Below, piece after piece: positions 1-8,842 of a stretch of 64,000 bases of DNA. The notes under the pieces were generated by a model, which saw nothing but the letters and a program-made list of their open reading frames with translations, was not told where the DNA came from and made no database searches. The number at the start of each line of letters is the position of its first letter. The first letter of the stretch is position 1. Source of the DNA: a bacterium (GTDB taxonomy: Bacteria > SAR324 > NAC60-12); contig CBDDTI010000747.1 of the NCBI GenBank assembly GCA_965233585.1, positions 224,001 through 288,000 of the forward strand. Reading direction: 5' to 3'. The translations under genes were made by a program, and so were the position numbers.

Positions 1-2
1 CG

Positions 3-122
3 CTAGAGATTGCAGACCGTGGCTATGTGTTGTCTGAAGGACAAATCAGCTTATCAGGAACAGCAAAAGAGTTGTCAAAACTCTCAGACTTGAAAGAAAT
101 TTATTTGAGTGTCAAGCCATGA
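3..122 (+). CDS. livF: Branched-chain amino acid-type ABC transporter ATP-binding subunit, 3' fragment (runs off window start)
   Basis: Manual translation LEIADRGYVLSEGQISLSGTAKEL...KEIYL is the typical LivF C-terminus; stop overlaps next start (ATGA). Confidence 0.8.
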   Translation, partial: LEIADRGYVLSEGQISLSGTAKELSKLSDLKEIYLSVKP

Positions 123-1012
123 ACTTTTTCATACAGCAAACAGTCAATGCCTTTGCTTTAGGTGGGACTTATGCCTTGTTAGCATTGGGGTTGGCAGTGA
201 TTTTCTCTGTGATGGGAATGATCAATTTTGCTCATGGTGAGCTGATGACGATTGCAGGTTATGCTCTGATGTATGGGGGCTTGTGGCTCTTGCCTTTTCC
301 TGTGGCTGTCATCTTTGCTATTCTTTCAAGTGTTGCGGCTGCAATGTTGATGGAAAAGGTGGCGTTCCGTCCTGTCAGAAGCTCATCGGGTGCGACGATG
401 CTGGTGACCAGTTTTGCCGTTGCTATGATCTTGCAAGTGTTGTTTCAAAATCTCATTTCCACAAGGTCTCAAGCAGTGAAGTTACCAGAGTTCCTTTCTG
501 AAAGTGTCTCTGTTTGGGGATTAGTGATTGGTGTGAACAAACTGATTGCGATTGCAACGACACTGGTCATGCTCTTGTTTTTAGAATGGTTTATGCGGAA
601 GCACAAGATGGGAATTGCCATGCGTGCTGCTGCAGAAGACTTTGCCATTGCACGGCTGATGGGGATTCGTGCCAATGCCGTCATCTCATGTGCCTTTGCA
701 TTGTCAGGGTTGTTAGCTGGGGTGGCATCAGTCATTTGGGTTTCGCAACGAGCCTCTGTTGACCCGCTGATGGGCTTCGTCCCTGTTCTCAAAGCCTTCA
801 TTGCCTCCATTTTAGGCGGTTTAGGAGTGTTGCGCGGTGCTGTGATTGGGGGGTTTTTGTTGGGTTTTATTGAAATTTACCTTGCCGCTTATCTTCCTGA
901 AGGCTGGCAAGACTTCCGTGAATCGCTCGCATTGTCTCTTGTTGTGCTTGTCTTGTTATTCAGACCACACGGCTTGCTTACAGGGGCATCAGTCAAATCA
1001 CAGAAGGTCTAA
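119..1012 (+). CDS. livH: Branched-chain amino acid-type ABC transporter permease
   Basis: YALLALGLAVIFSVMGMINFAHGE and GIAMRAAAED..ARLMGI motifs, hydrophobic. Confidence 0.9.
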   Translation: MNFFIQQTVNAFALGGTYALLALGLAVIFSVMGMINFAHGELMTIAGYALMYGGLWLLPFPVAVIFAILSSVAAAMLMEKVAFRPVRSSSGATMLVTSFAVAMILQVLFQNLISTRSQAVKLPEFLSESVSVWGLVIGVNKLIAIATTLVMLLFLEWFMRKHKMGIAMRAAAEDFAIARLMGIRANAVISCAFALSGLLAGVASVIWVSQRASVDPLMGFVPVLKAFIASILGGLGVLRGAVIGGFLLGFIEIYLAAYLPEGWQDFRESLALSLVVLVLLFRPHGLLTGASVKSQKV

Positions 1013-1783
1013 ATGTTATCATTACTCACCTCTGATGACCCAAATCCCGTAGAAATTGCCAATGCACAAGGCAAATCAGAAATTGTCTTGACTTGCGAGC
1101 ATGCAGGCAATGCCGTCCCGTACAGGCTGAACAATTTAGGTTTGTCCGCAGAAAACCTCCAAAAACACATCGCATGGGACATTGGAGCAAAAGAGATCGC
1201 TTGCCTTTTATCTGAAAAACTAAATGCCCCTTTGATCTTGCAAAATTACAGCCGTCTGGTCATTGACTGCAACCGTCCGACTCATGCACCCGATTCTATG
1301 GCACCAGTCAGCGACCACATTTCTATCCCTGCCAACTACAATATCTCTCAAGCAGAAAAACAGTGGCGGATTGATGAAATCTTTCAACCCTATCAAAACA
1401 CCATCTCCACCTTTTTAGACCAACATGAAAGAAAAATCGCCATCTCTATTCACAGCTTTACTCCTGTGATGAACGGCTTCAGGCGACCTTGGGACATTGG
1501 CTTTTTGGGAAGAAAGGAACTTCAAACTTCTACTCTTTTGATGGAATCTGTCAAACAACATGTCCCAGATTTGAACGTCACACTCAACCAACCTTACAAA
1601 GTCAGTGATATTGGAGATTGGTTTGTCCCGCAACACGGAGAAAAACGGGGGATTCCACACACTTTGATTGAAGTCAGAAACGACCACTTACGTTCTGCTG
1701 ACCATTGTGCCAAATTTGCAGACATCTTATCTTTCACAATTCACACTAATTTAAAAAAAATTCTCAATGTCTCTTTCTCGTGA
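1013..1783 (+). CDS. N-formylglutamate amidohydrolase family protein
   Basis: CEHAGN, HIAWDIGA, SRLVIDCNR, SIHSFTP, IEVRND motifs. Confidence 0.88.
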   Translation: MLSLLTSDDPNPVEIANAQGKSEIVLTCEHAGNAVPYRLNNLGLSAENLQKHIAWDIGAKEIACLLSEKLNAPLILQNYSRLVIDCNRPTHAPDSMAPVSDHISIPANYNISQAEKQWRIDEIFQPYQNTISTFLDQHERKIAISIHSFTPVMNGFRRPWDIGFLGRKELQTSTLLMESVKQHVPDLNVTLNQPYKVSDIGDWFVPQHGEKRGIPHTLIEVRNDHLRSADHCAKFADILSFTIHTNLKKILNVSFS

Positions 1784-2414
1784 AGTCCCACTAAACCCCG
1801 AACAATCTGCCTTGTTATTGATTGACATGCAAAACTTTAGTTGTCATCGTCAAGGCTCTGAATTTAAAGAACTTTCTCAAAACACATTTGACCAAAAATA
1901 TTCATATTTTTTCAATCAACTCAAAACAGAAGTCATTCCCAACATACAAAAGTTACAAAGGGCATTCCGCCTAAAAAAAATGGAGGTGCTTTACACCACC
2001 ATTGAAAGCCTGACATTAGATGGAAGAGACCGCAGTTTAGATTACAAAATCACAGGCTTTCATGTCCCCAAAGGCTCGTGGGACGCCAAGGTGATTGACG
2101 AACTTGCCATACAAGGAGACGAAATTTGCCTGCCCAAATCCTCTTCTTCTGTTTTTATCTCTACTCATCTTGACTACATTCTACGCAATTTGGGAATGAA
2201 ACAACTGGTCATTTGTGGATGTTTGACAGACCAGTGTGTAGAAAGTGCCATCCGCGACGCCTGCGACTTAGGATATTTGGTCACACAAATCACTGATGCT
2301 TGTGCCACGTATTCCCCACAAAGACACGACCATTCTCTCCAGACCATTCAGGGCTATTGCCGTCAACGCACCACTCAACAACTTCTAACCGAATTGACCA
2401 CTCTTCAAGATTAA
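1767..2414 (+). CDS. Isochorismatase-family cysteine hydrolase
   Basis: ALLLIDMQN, KSSSSVF, GCLTDQCVESAIRDA (D-K-C triad). Confidence 0.9.
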   Translation: MSLSREVPLNPEQSALLLIDMQNFSCHRQGSEFKELSQNTFDQKYSYFFNQLKTEVIPNIQKLQRAFRLKKMEVLYTTIESLTLDGRDRSLDYKITGFHVPKGSWDAKVIDELAIQGDEICLPKSSSSVFISTHLDYILRNLGMKQLVICGCLTDQCVESAIRDACDLGYLVTQITDACATYSPQRHDHSLQTIQGYCRQRTTQQLLTELTTLQD

Positions 2415-2461
2415 GTTTCAGATTTTCTCTTCTGCCAGCTCTCGCTTTTTTCAATTTCTTA

Positions 2462-2926
2462 GTCATTGCGGACTTGTTCCGTAATCTCATCTTGTTTTTT
2501 CCCAACAACTCCATTTTTTGAGATTGCGGGTCAAGTCCCGCAATGACGGAGGACGTTTAAGATTGTGGGTCAAGCACTCAAATGACTACGACTGTCATTC
2601 GGAGCGAAAGCAGGAATCCATGCGATGTTGACGATAGATGACGTGTCAGGCACTCAAGTGACAGAAAAAAGAGAGGAGAATTGAAACACTTTGCCTTTTC
2701 GTCATGTCTCACTTTGAAAACCATCATTGCGGTCTTGTTCCGCAATCTCTCTTTTCTCAATCTTCCCTTTTTCTTTTCTTCGTTGTAGGCTTGTTTTTTT
2801 GCCATTCCTGCGGAAGCAGGAATCTATCCTCCAACTGCTGATGGGTTCTGTGTCAAGTACGGAATGACGGTTGAATAGTGATTGCCACCTTGAGTTTGGT
2901 CATGGCTCACCTTGACCCGCAATCTC
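2462..2926. repeat. Cluster of REP/dRS3-like short palindromic repeats (GTCATT...AATC(T/C) units, about 7 copies in both orientations)
   Basis: GTCATTGCGGACTTGTTCCGTAATCTC (2462-2488) inverted to GAGATTGCGGGTCAAGTCCCGCAATGAC (2520-2547); further copies near 2559, 2594, 2723, 2801-2870, 2899. Confidence 0.85.
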
Positions 2927-3022
2927 ACTTTTTTCAGAATTCTCGCTCTCCTGAACTTTCTTTTTCCATTTTGTCTTTGAATTTGTTATGATTCTGGATT
3001 TGGCATTCTCACGAATAGGCTG

Positions 3023-3923
3023 ATGGAAACCGCATTACTTTTTGACACACTCAAGACTTCCAAACACTTGCCAGCTGCAGGCTTTGAGCAAGAGCAAGCA
3101 GAGGCATTGACAGAAGAATTTAAATTTGTTGTAGAAAGCAACTTTGCAAAACTTTCCACCAAAGACCAAGTCTCTGGTTTAGAGGCAAACCTTAATGAAA
3201 GACTGGAGCAAAAAGCAACTAAAGACCAAGTTTCTAATTTAGAAACCAATCTTAATGAAAGACTGGAGCAAAAAGCTACCAAAGAGCAAGTCTTTTACTT
3301 GCAAGAATAGCTGGAGCAAAAAGCAACTAAAGACCAAGTTTCTAATTTAGAAACCAATCTTAATGGGAAAATCTCTAGTTTAGAGGAAGAACTGAAGCAA
3401 AAAGCGACTAAAGATCAGGTATCTCACTTACAAGAACAGCTGGAGCAAAAGGCTACCAAAGAGCAAGTTTCTGGTTTAGAGGCAAACCTTAATGGGAAAA
3501 TCTCTAGTTTAGAGGAAGAACTGAAGCAAAAAGCGACTAAAGATCAGGTATCTCACTTACAAGAACAGCTGGAGCAAAAGGCTACCAAAGAGCAAGTTTC
3601 TGGTTTAGAGGCAAACCTTAATGGGAAAATCTCTAGTTTAGAGGAAGAACTGAAGCAGAAAGCGACTAAAGAGCAGGTGTCTCACTTACAAGAACAGCTG
3701 GAGCAAAAAGCCACCAAAGAACAGTTTGTTTACTTGCAAGAGCAACTGGAGCAAAAAGCCACCAAAGAGCAAGTTTCTAATTTAGAAACCAATCTTAAAT
3801 GAGAAGATTGACAGCAAATTTAAACTCTTGTCATGGATGTCCGGTTTTGGCATTTCTCTGAATCTGGTAATGCTTGGAGTCATGTTAGCCTTTTTATTTT
3901 CTTTTTTTCTTCCATCCAAATAA
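3023..3923 (+). pseudogene. DUF1640/CCDC90-like repetitive coiled-coil protein with C-terminal membrane anchor, disrupted by one nonsense codon and one frameshift
   Basis: N-term FDTLKTSKHL.AAGFEQEQAEAL; TAG at 3308-3310 where sister repeats read CAG; extra A at 3797-3799 gives TGA 3800-3802; removing it restores NEKIDSKFKLLSWMSGFGISLNLVMLGVMLAFLF..* ending 3923. Confidence 0.85.
3158..3796 (+). repeat. Coding tandem repeats (LEQKATK(D/E)QV core; 60-bp and 129-bp units)
   Basis: 129-bp unit starts at 3359, 3488, 3617; 60-bp units at 3158 and 3218. Confidence 0.95.
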
Positions 3924-3960
3924 AACGCCCTGTTTTGAAAGGGTACACTTGTTTTTTGAG

Positions 3961-4138
3961 GTTCCGTGTCAATCGCTCAAATGACCAAAAGCCAAGCCAA
4001 CGTTTCAACCGTCATAGCGGGCGTGTCTTTGTCATTCTTGCGTAAGCAGGAATCTATCCTCTAACTGCTGATGGATTCCGCATCAAGTTCTGCAATGACG
4101 GAGGGCGTTTGAGACTCTGAATCAAGTTCTGCAATGAC
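3961..4138. repeat. Second cluster of the same REP-like palindromes
   Basis: 4031-4101 is a near copy of 2801-2870 (ATTC.TGCG.AAGCAGGAATCTATCCTC.AACTGCTGATGG.TTC...TCAAGT...AATGACGG); tandem ATCAAGTTCTGCAATGAC. Confidence 0.85.
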
Positions 4139-4161
4139 TTTTGAAAGTGTTCAGAAGGGCG

Positions 4162-5133
4162 TTAAAAAATGCCAGCACGTAGAATGTGGTAAATTTGAAT
4201 GATGCCAATGGGAACGTTCGTGTTTGATGTGACCACAAGGCAGGTAATGGAGTGAGTTTCCATCAGATGCAACGCACGTGCGGCGAGAGAGTCTGCCTCA
4301 ATCGTTTTGGGATTGGGGGAAAGGAATTGAGCAAGCGGCTGGTGATGAAAGATGATGTTTTGGTTGACAAGCCTCATCAGGTCTCCGACGCTGAAGACCC
4401 CGCTTAGTTGATTGTTTTCATTGACTCCAATCAGCAATCCCAGCATTTTCTCTGACAAGAGTTGCACAGCATCTTGCATCAAAGTTTGTTCTGGAATCAA
4501 AGGAAGTTGTTCGCCAGAAATCATGACATCTTTGACACGAAGCGTGAGCTTTTTGCCAAGACTTCCGCCTGGGTGAAAGATTGCAAAGTCTTCTTGGCTG
4601 AAATGCCTTAATTCCAGCAAACACATCGCTAAGGCATCACCCATCGCCAAAGTGGCAATGGAGCTGGTGGTTGGTGCTAGTCCTAGAGGGCAGGCTTCTT
4701 TGGGAATGGAGACATCAAGCACGACATGGCAACTTTTGGCAAGGGTTGTCTGTTGTCCGCTGCAAATGCCAATCAATGGGATTCCCATGTTTTGAACAGG
4801 TGCAAGGAGTTGTAGGACTTCTTCAGTTTCTCCACTGAATGAAAGGGCAATCAAGACATCATTTTGGGAAATGACGCCCAAGTCTCCATGTACTGCCTCC
4901 CCTGCATGCAAGAACAAAGCAGGAGTCCCTGTGCTGGAAAAGGTTGCTGCCATTTTTTGACCAATGATGCCACTTTTACCAACTCCTGTCACAATGACCT
5001 TGCCTGTGCATTTCAGTAAGCATGAGGTGGCTTTTTCAAAAGATTGGTCTAACCTTTGAGCCATCGCACGCAGTCCTTCTATTTCTGTCTCTAACGTTTC
5101 TCTTGCACGTTTTAAAATCTGAGATTCACTCAT
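4162..5133 (-). CDS. kdsD: Arabinose-5-phosphate isomerase (KpsF/GutQ family, SIS + CBS)
   Basis: VTGVGKSG, HGDLG, EACPLGLAPTTS, FHPGGSLG; start placed at ATG 5133 overlapping the fliN stop (ATGA). Confidence 0.92.
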   Translation of the reverse strand: MSESQILKRARETLETEIEGLRAMAQRLDQSFEKATSCLLKCTGKVIVTGVGKSGIIGQKMAATFSSTGTPALFLHAGEAVHGDLGVISQNDVLIALSFSGETEEVLQLLAPVQNMGIPLIGICSGQQTTLAKSCHVVLDVSIPKEACPLGLAPTTSSIATLAMGDALAMCLLELRHFSQEDFAIFHPGGSLGKKLTLRVKDVMISGEQLPLIPEQTLMQDAVQLLSEKMLGLLIGVNENNQLSGVFSVGDLMRLVNQNIIFHHQPLAQFLSPNPKTIEADSLAARALHLMETHSITCLVVTSNTNVPIGIIQIYHILRAGIF

Positions 5134-5777
5134 AAGGAGTCCATTCCAGCCATTTTTTGAATCCTCTGGGTTGGACAAATGATGCTGACAATGCGGATTC
5201 CAAACTTTTCATTGACGACCACCACTTCACCTTTGGCAATTAAATGTCCACTGACAAACAAATCTAAATCTTCCCCAACCAAACGATGTAATTCAATCAC
5301 AGAACCCTGCCCAAGCGAAAGTAAGTCATTGATTTTCATTTTAGAACGTCCCACTTCAAAAGACAGGGTCAGCTCCATGTCTAGCAGAAAGTCTATGCTG
5401 ACTTGGGTAGAGTCTTCAGGTTTTTCTGTGAACGCTGTTGCTCCTTGTAACATGACATTCATTTCTGACTGACTCAACACATTGCCTGCCAGTGCATCAG
5501 CATCATAATCTTCTGTGTCCACTTCCTTCAGCTCATCAGCACTTGATGAAGGTTCTTCTTCTTTGACTTGAGGAATGTCAGCTAAGAGTTCCGACAACTC
5601 TGATGCTTCTTCTTCAGCACTTGCCTCTGGTGTTGGCTCAGCAGGTAAGTCAAACACAGAATCATCTTCTGGTTGGATTTCTGCTTGTCGTTCAGGGTTT
5701 TGAGCAACAGGCTCGCCGGTAATTTCTGCTGCTTCTGCCAAAAGTTTGTCTATGTCTTCTTGGTCCATGTCTGCCAT
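5130..5777 (-). CDS. fliN: Flagellar motor switch protein FliN with acidic N-terminal extension
   Basis: LLDMELTLSFEVGR...GSVIEL...IAKGEVVVVNEKFGIRI; LSQSE motif. Confidence 0.9.
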   Translation of the reverse strand: MADMDQEDIDKLLAEAAEITGEPVAQNPERQAEIQPEDDSVFDLPAEPTPEASAEEEASELSELLADIPQVKEEEPSSSADELKEVDTEDYDADALAGNVLSQSEMNVMLQGATAFTEKPEDSTQVSIDFLLDMELTLSFEVGRSKMKINDLLSLGQGSVIELHRLVGEDLDLFVSGHLIAKGEVVVVNEKFGIRIVSIICPTQRIQKMAGMDSL

Positions 5778-5821
5778 ACTTTTCCTTTGGTCTGTGTTTT
5801 GGTTTTGATTTTTTGGTTTTT

Positions 5822-7057
5822 TCAGTCTCCAAATGAGTTAGAAGAATCCCAGTTGCACAATGCAAGGAGGTCTTGATAAGTTTCTCGTCTTCTGATGAGC
5901 TTGGTCTCTTGCCCGTCAACTAAGACTTCTGCAGGTCTGCCTCTCATGTTGTATGAAGAACTCATGCTGTATCCATAAGCTCCACAATCTTTGATGGCAA
6001 TGAGGTCTCCTTGCTTTAGGAGGGGCAAGAGAATTGGAGCATGTCCTTGGTCGTTTTGATTGAGGACGTCGCCTGTTTCGCAAATATTTCCAGCAATCAC
6101 CACTGCTTGAGCCTCTCGCCCAGAGTCATTGGAGTCAGTAACTGCTTCTATTTGGTGATAAGCACCATACATGGCAGGTCTGATTAAGTGATTCATGCCT
6201 GTATCTACCCCTACAAATTGATAATCGGGTGTGTGTTTGACGCCATTGACTGTGGCTAACAATGTTCCAGAACTGCCAACCAGATAGCGTCCCGGCTCCA
6301 TTTTCAACTCCAAATGCTCAAATCCTTGCATTTCGTGTTGGATTTGTTTGCTCAAAGACTGCACGTCAAATTCTTGTGTTCCTTCTTGGTATGGGATTCC
6401 AAAGCCACCCCCTATGTCCACAAACTTCAAATGAGGACAAGATTGACTTATTTGCAATAATTTTTGCAATGACTGGATAAAAGGCTGGCTTTCTGTAATT
6501 CCTGCCCCGATATGGACATGAAGCCCGATTAACGTTAGATTGTAAGTTTTGACCAGTTTCAAAGCGTCTGTCAGTTGGTCGTGGTAGATTCCAAATTTGG
6601 ATTGAGACCCTGACGTGATGCAATGTGTGTGATGTCCTGCACCAATGTCAAGGTTGAGGCGCAAAGAGATTTTCCCACAAGTCTTGAATTGACCATAAGT
6701 TTTAATGTTATGCAAAGATTCTGCATTAAAAATCCACCCCTGTTCTACCACCTTTTGAATCTCGTCTGTTGTGATATTATTGCCAGAAAAGAGAATTTGG
6801 TGGCTTTGAAAACCGACCTTTTTGGCAAGGAAGGCTTCGTTAAAAGAGACTGCATCAATCCCTGCCCCTTCCTGTAAAAGAATATTGAGAAGATGCGGAT
6901 TGGAGTTCGCTTTCATGGCGTAATGAATTTGATGCCTCAAACCAAAAAAAGCCTTGCTTAATTTTTGATATTGGGAACGGATTTGAGAGGCATCATAAAA
7001 GTAGAGAGGAGAGCCAAAGCGTTCAATTAAATTTTGCAGAAAAATTTTTTTAAACAT
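5822..7057 (-). CDS. lysA: Diaminopimelate decarboxylase
   Basis: YAMKANSN (PLP Lys), SKFGI, HVHIG, DIGGGFG, EPGR, GNICETGD, GAYGYSMSSSYN; probable ATG 7057. Confidence 0.93.
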   Translation of the reverse strand: MFKKIFLQNLIERFGSPLYFYDASQIRSQYQKLSKAFFGLRHQIHYAMKANSNPHLLNILLQEGAGIDAVSFNEAFLAKKVGFQSHQILFSGNNITTDEIQKVVEQGWIFNAESLHNIKTYGQFKTCGKISLRLNLDIGAGHHTHCITSGSQSKFGIYHDQLTDALKLVKTYNLTLIGLHVHIGAGITESQPFIQSLQKLLQISQSCPHLKFVDIGGGFGIPYQEGTQEFDVQSLSKQIQHEMQGFEHLELKMEPGRYLVGSSGTLLATVNGVKHTPDYQFVGVDTGMNHLIRPAMYGAYHQIEAVTDSNDSGREAQAVVIAGNICETGDVLNQNDQGHAPILLPLLKQGDLIAIKDCGAYGYSMSSSYNMRGRPAEVLVDGQETKLIRRRETYQDLLALCNWDSSNSFGD

Positions 7058-7175
7058 TTTCTTTTTCTTTTGGAATGATTTATAATGCTGGGTTTGCTTT
7101 TTAAGCAAGGTTAGGCTAATAGGCTAATCTTTCATGTTCTCTTTATCAATTCAAAAGTGAAGTGGGTCAAAATTT

Positions 7176-8306
7176 ATGGCAAAGAAATCCAAAGGAAAAT
7201 CCGTTACTATTCTCGTTGCAGTCATCTTAATTTTGTCTGCAGTTGGCATCTTTTATTACATCAGTAAGAAACCTTTCGCTCCTGCACCAACCAGTCTGAA
7301 TGTGGAAACACCAATGGGGTTTGAACCTGAGCCGCTGGAGCTTCCTCCTGCGGAACTTCAAGAACAACCTGAAGAAGTCCTGACAGACTCAACACCTTTA
7401 CCTCTGCCGCAAGAGCCTCTCCCCGAACCCCAAGAACAGCCTGCAACTGAACCGCTTGCACAAGTGCAAGCCCAACCTGTTTCTGGCGAGAACAAACCAC
7501 CTTTCCGCTTTGGAAATTTCGCCTCCATTTTTGAATCAGACACAGAATATTGGCAACTCACCCCCGCACAAATGGAAGCATTCCCTACAGGTGTCTCTGA
7601 AGTGGTTTTGGTGCAAAACCAGACTAAATTGGACTACACCATCGTCCCTGAAAAACCAGCTGACTGGGTCTTAGCAAGGCAAGGAGACCGATTGCGTGTT
7701 GTGTTTCATACTGAAAAGGAGGCACAAAATGACATTCTTTCAAGAAAGAAACAAGGTAAATTTGCAGTGCAGATCATTTCTGTTGAGTCTTGGCGTATCC
7801 GTGATGCCATTAGCTTACTAGAAAGACTCGTCAGTGATGGCTACTATGCTTACATCCACAGAACCAGTGAAACCTACAAGGGGCAACATTGGTATCGGGT
7901 GCGTGTAGGAACGTTCGTTACAGAAGAAGATGCTCATATCAAAGGCAAGGAGATTTATTACCGCTATCGTGATTCATTACCTTTTGAGTCAGATTATTGG
8001 GTCGTTTTGCCAACAGACCAGGAGCTGGCTAATGTCATTGTTGACCTCAAAACAGTCAGGCACAATTCTTGGGTCGTCCAAATTCCTGCTTATTCAGATT
8101 GGAAAGAAGTGCTGACAGACTTTGATAAACTAAATCAAGAATTTGAGTTTATCTACATTTCAAGAACTGTTCAGAAGCAAACCCCCTTGTTTCAAATCAA
8201 CTTAGGGCTGTATGAAACCCAAGAGGAGGCAAGGAGTCAAGCACGGGTGCTGAAAAATATTGACCCCAAGTTCACAGAATTACGGTTCAAGAATTTATCC
8301 ATGTGA
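7176..8306 (+). CDS. Membrane-anchored SPOR-domain protein
   Basis: N-terminal TM, Pro/Glu/Gln linker, FAVQI...WYRVRVG.F and a second SPOR-like repeat. Confidence 0.7.
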   Translation: MAKKSKGKSVTILVAVILILSAVGIFYYISKKPFAPAPTSLNVETPMGFEPEPLELPPAELQEQPEEVLTDSTPLPLPQEPLPEPQEQPATEPLAQVQAQPVSGENKPPFRFGNFASIFESDTEYWQLTPAQMEAFPTGVSEVVLVQNQTKLDYTIVPEKPADWVLARQGDRLRVVFHTEKEAQNDILSRKKQGKFAVQIISVESWRIRDAISLLERLVSDGYYAYIHRTSETYKGQHWYRVRVGTFVTEEDAHIKGKEIYYRYRDSLPFESDYWVVLPTDQELANVIVDLKTVRHNSWVVQIPAYSDWKEVLTDFDKLNQEFEFIYISRTVQKQTPLFQINLGLYETQEEARSQARVLKNIDPKFTELRFKNLSM

Positions 8307-8414
8307 TTCTATTCTCAAAGGGGTGTCAAATTTTAGAAAATGCAAAATAAGGGTTGCCTTTTTCTTTTAAAAAATAGAAACTGGTGGGTTTTGTGATTGA
8401 AGTAAAGGAATTTT

Positions 8415-8579
8415 ATGGCTAAGAAAAAAGGGAATCGTGTTTTTGTGAAGATGAAGAGTTCAGAAAGTGGGCATTGTTATTACACAACCAAAAATCGTAA
8501 TATCAACCCCAATCGCTTGGAACTCAGAAAGTATGACCCGCATGTCAGAAGGCATGTGATGTACAAAGAAACAAAATAA
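8415..8579 (+). CDS. rpmG: 50S ribosomal protein L33 (absent from ORF track)
   Basis: [28 protein letters not shown]...[27 protein letters not shown]. Confidence 0.95.
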   Translation: MAKKKGNRVFVKMKSSESGHCYYTTKNRNINPNRLELRKYDPHVRRHVMYKETK

Positions 8580-8593
8580 CATCAGGTTGATTT

Positions 8594-8833
8594 ATGTCTA
8601 AAAAGTGTCAGTTGACTGGTAAGAAGCCGTTGGTTGGAAACCATGTCTCTCATGCAAATAATAAGGTGAAGCGCAGGCAGTTACCTAATTTGCAATATAA
8701 GAAAATTTTTGTGGCAGAGCTGAAGCGTTCGGTTCGTTTGAGGCTTTCAACACGTGCCATACGGACGATTGATAAACACGGTTTAATCCCCTATCTCAAA
8801 AAACAAGGGAAGACCTTGAAGGATATTTTATAG
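8594..8833 (+). CDS. rpmB: 50S ribosomal protein L28
   Basis: [10 protein letters not shown]...[20 protein letters not shown]. Confidence 0.95.
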   Translation: MSKKCQLTGKKPLVGNHVSHANNKVKRRQLPNLQYKKIFVAELKRSVRLRLSTRAIRTIDKHGLIPYLKKQGKTLKDIL

Positions 8834-8842
8834 AAGATTGTT

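Noticed and set aside
2290..2805. Short ORFs 2290-2514, 2300-2521, 2578-2805
   Set aside because: They run through palindromic repeats and pyrimidine tracts with no protein-like motif
3308..3310. In-frame TAG as pyrrolysine or programmed readthrough
   Set aside because: Sister repeats read CAG and the gene has a separate frameshift, so a nonsense mutation is simpler
3158..3796. Repeat-spacer appearance suggesting a CRISPR array
   Set aside because: Units are multiples of 3, vary at synonymous positions, reuse the same 'spacers' and encode a coiled coil; no cas genes in the window
8307..8414. Zur box upstream of rpmG
   Set aside because: No convincing inverted repeat seen
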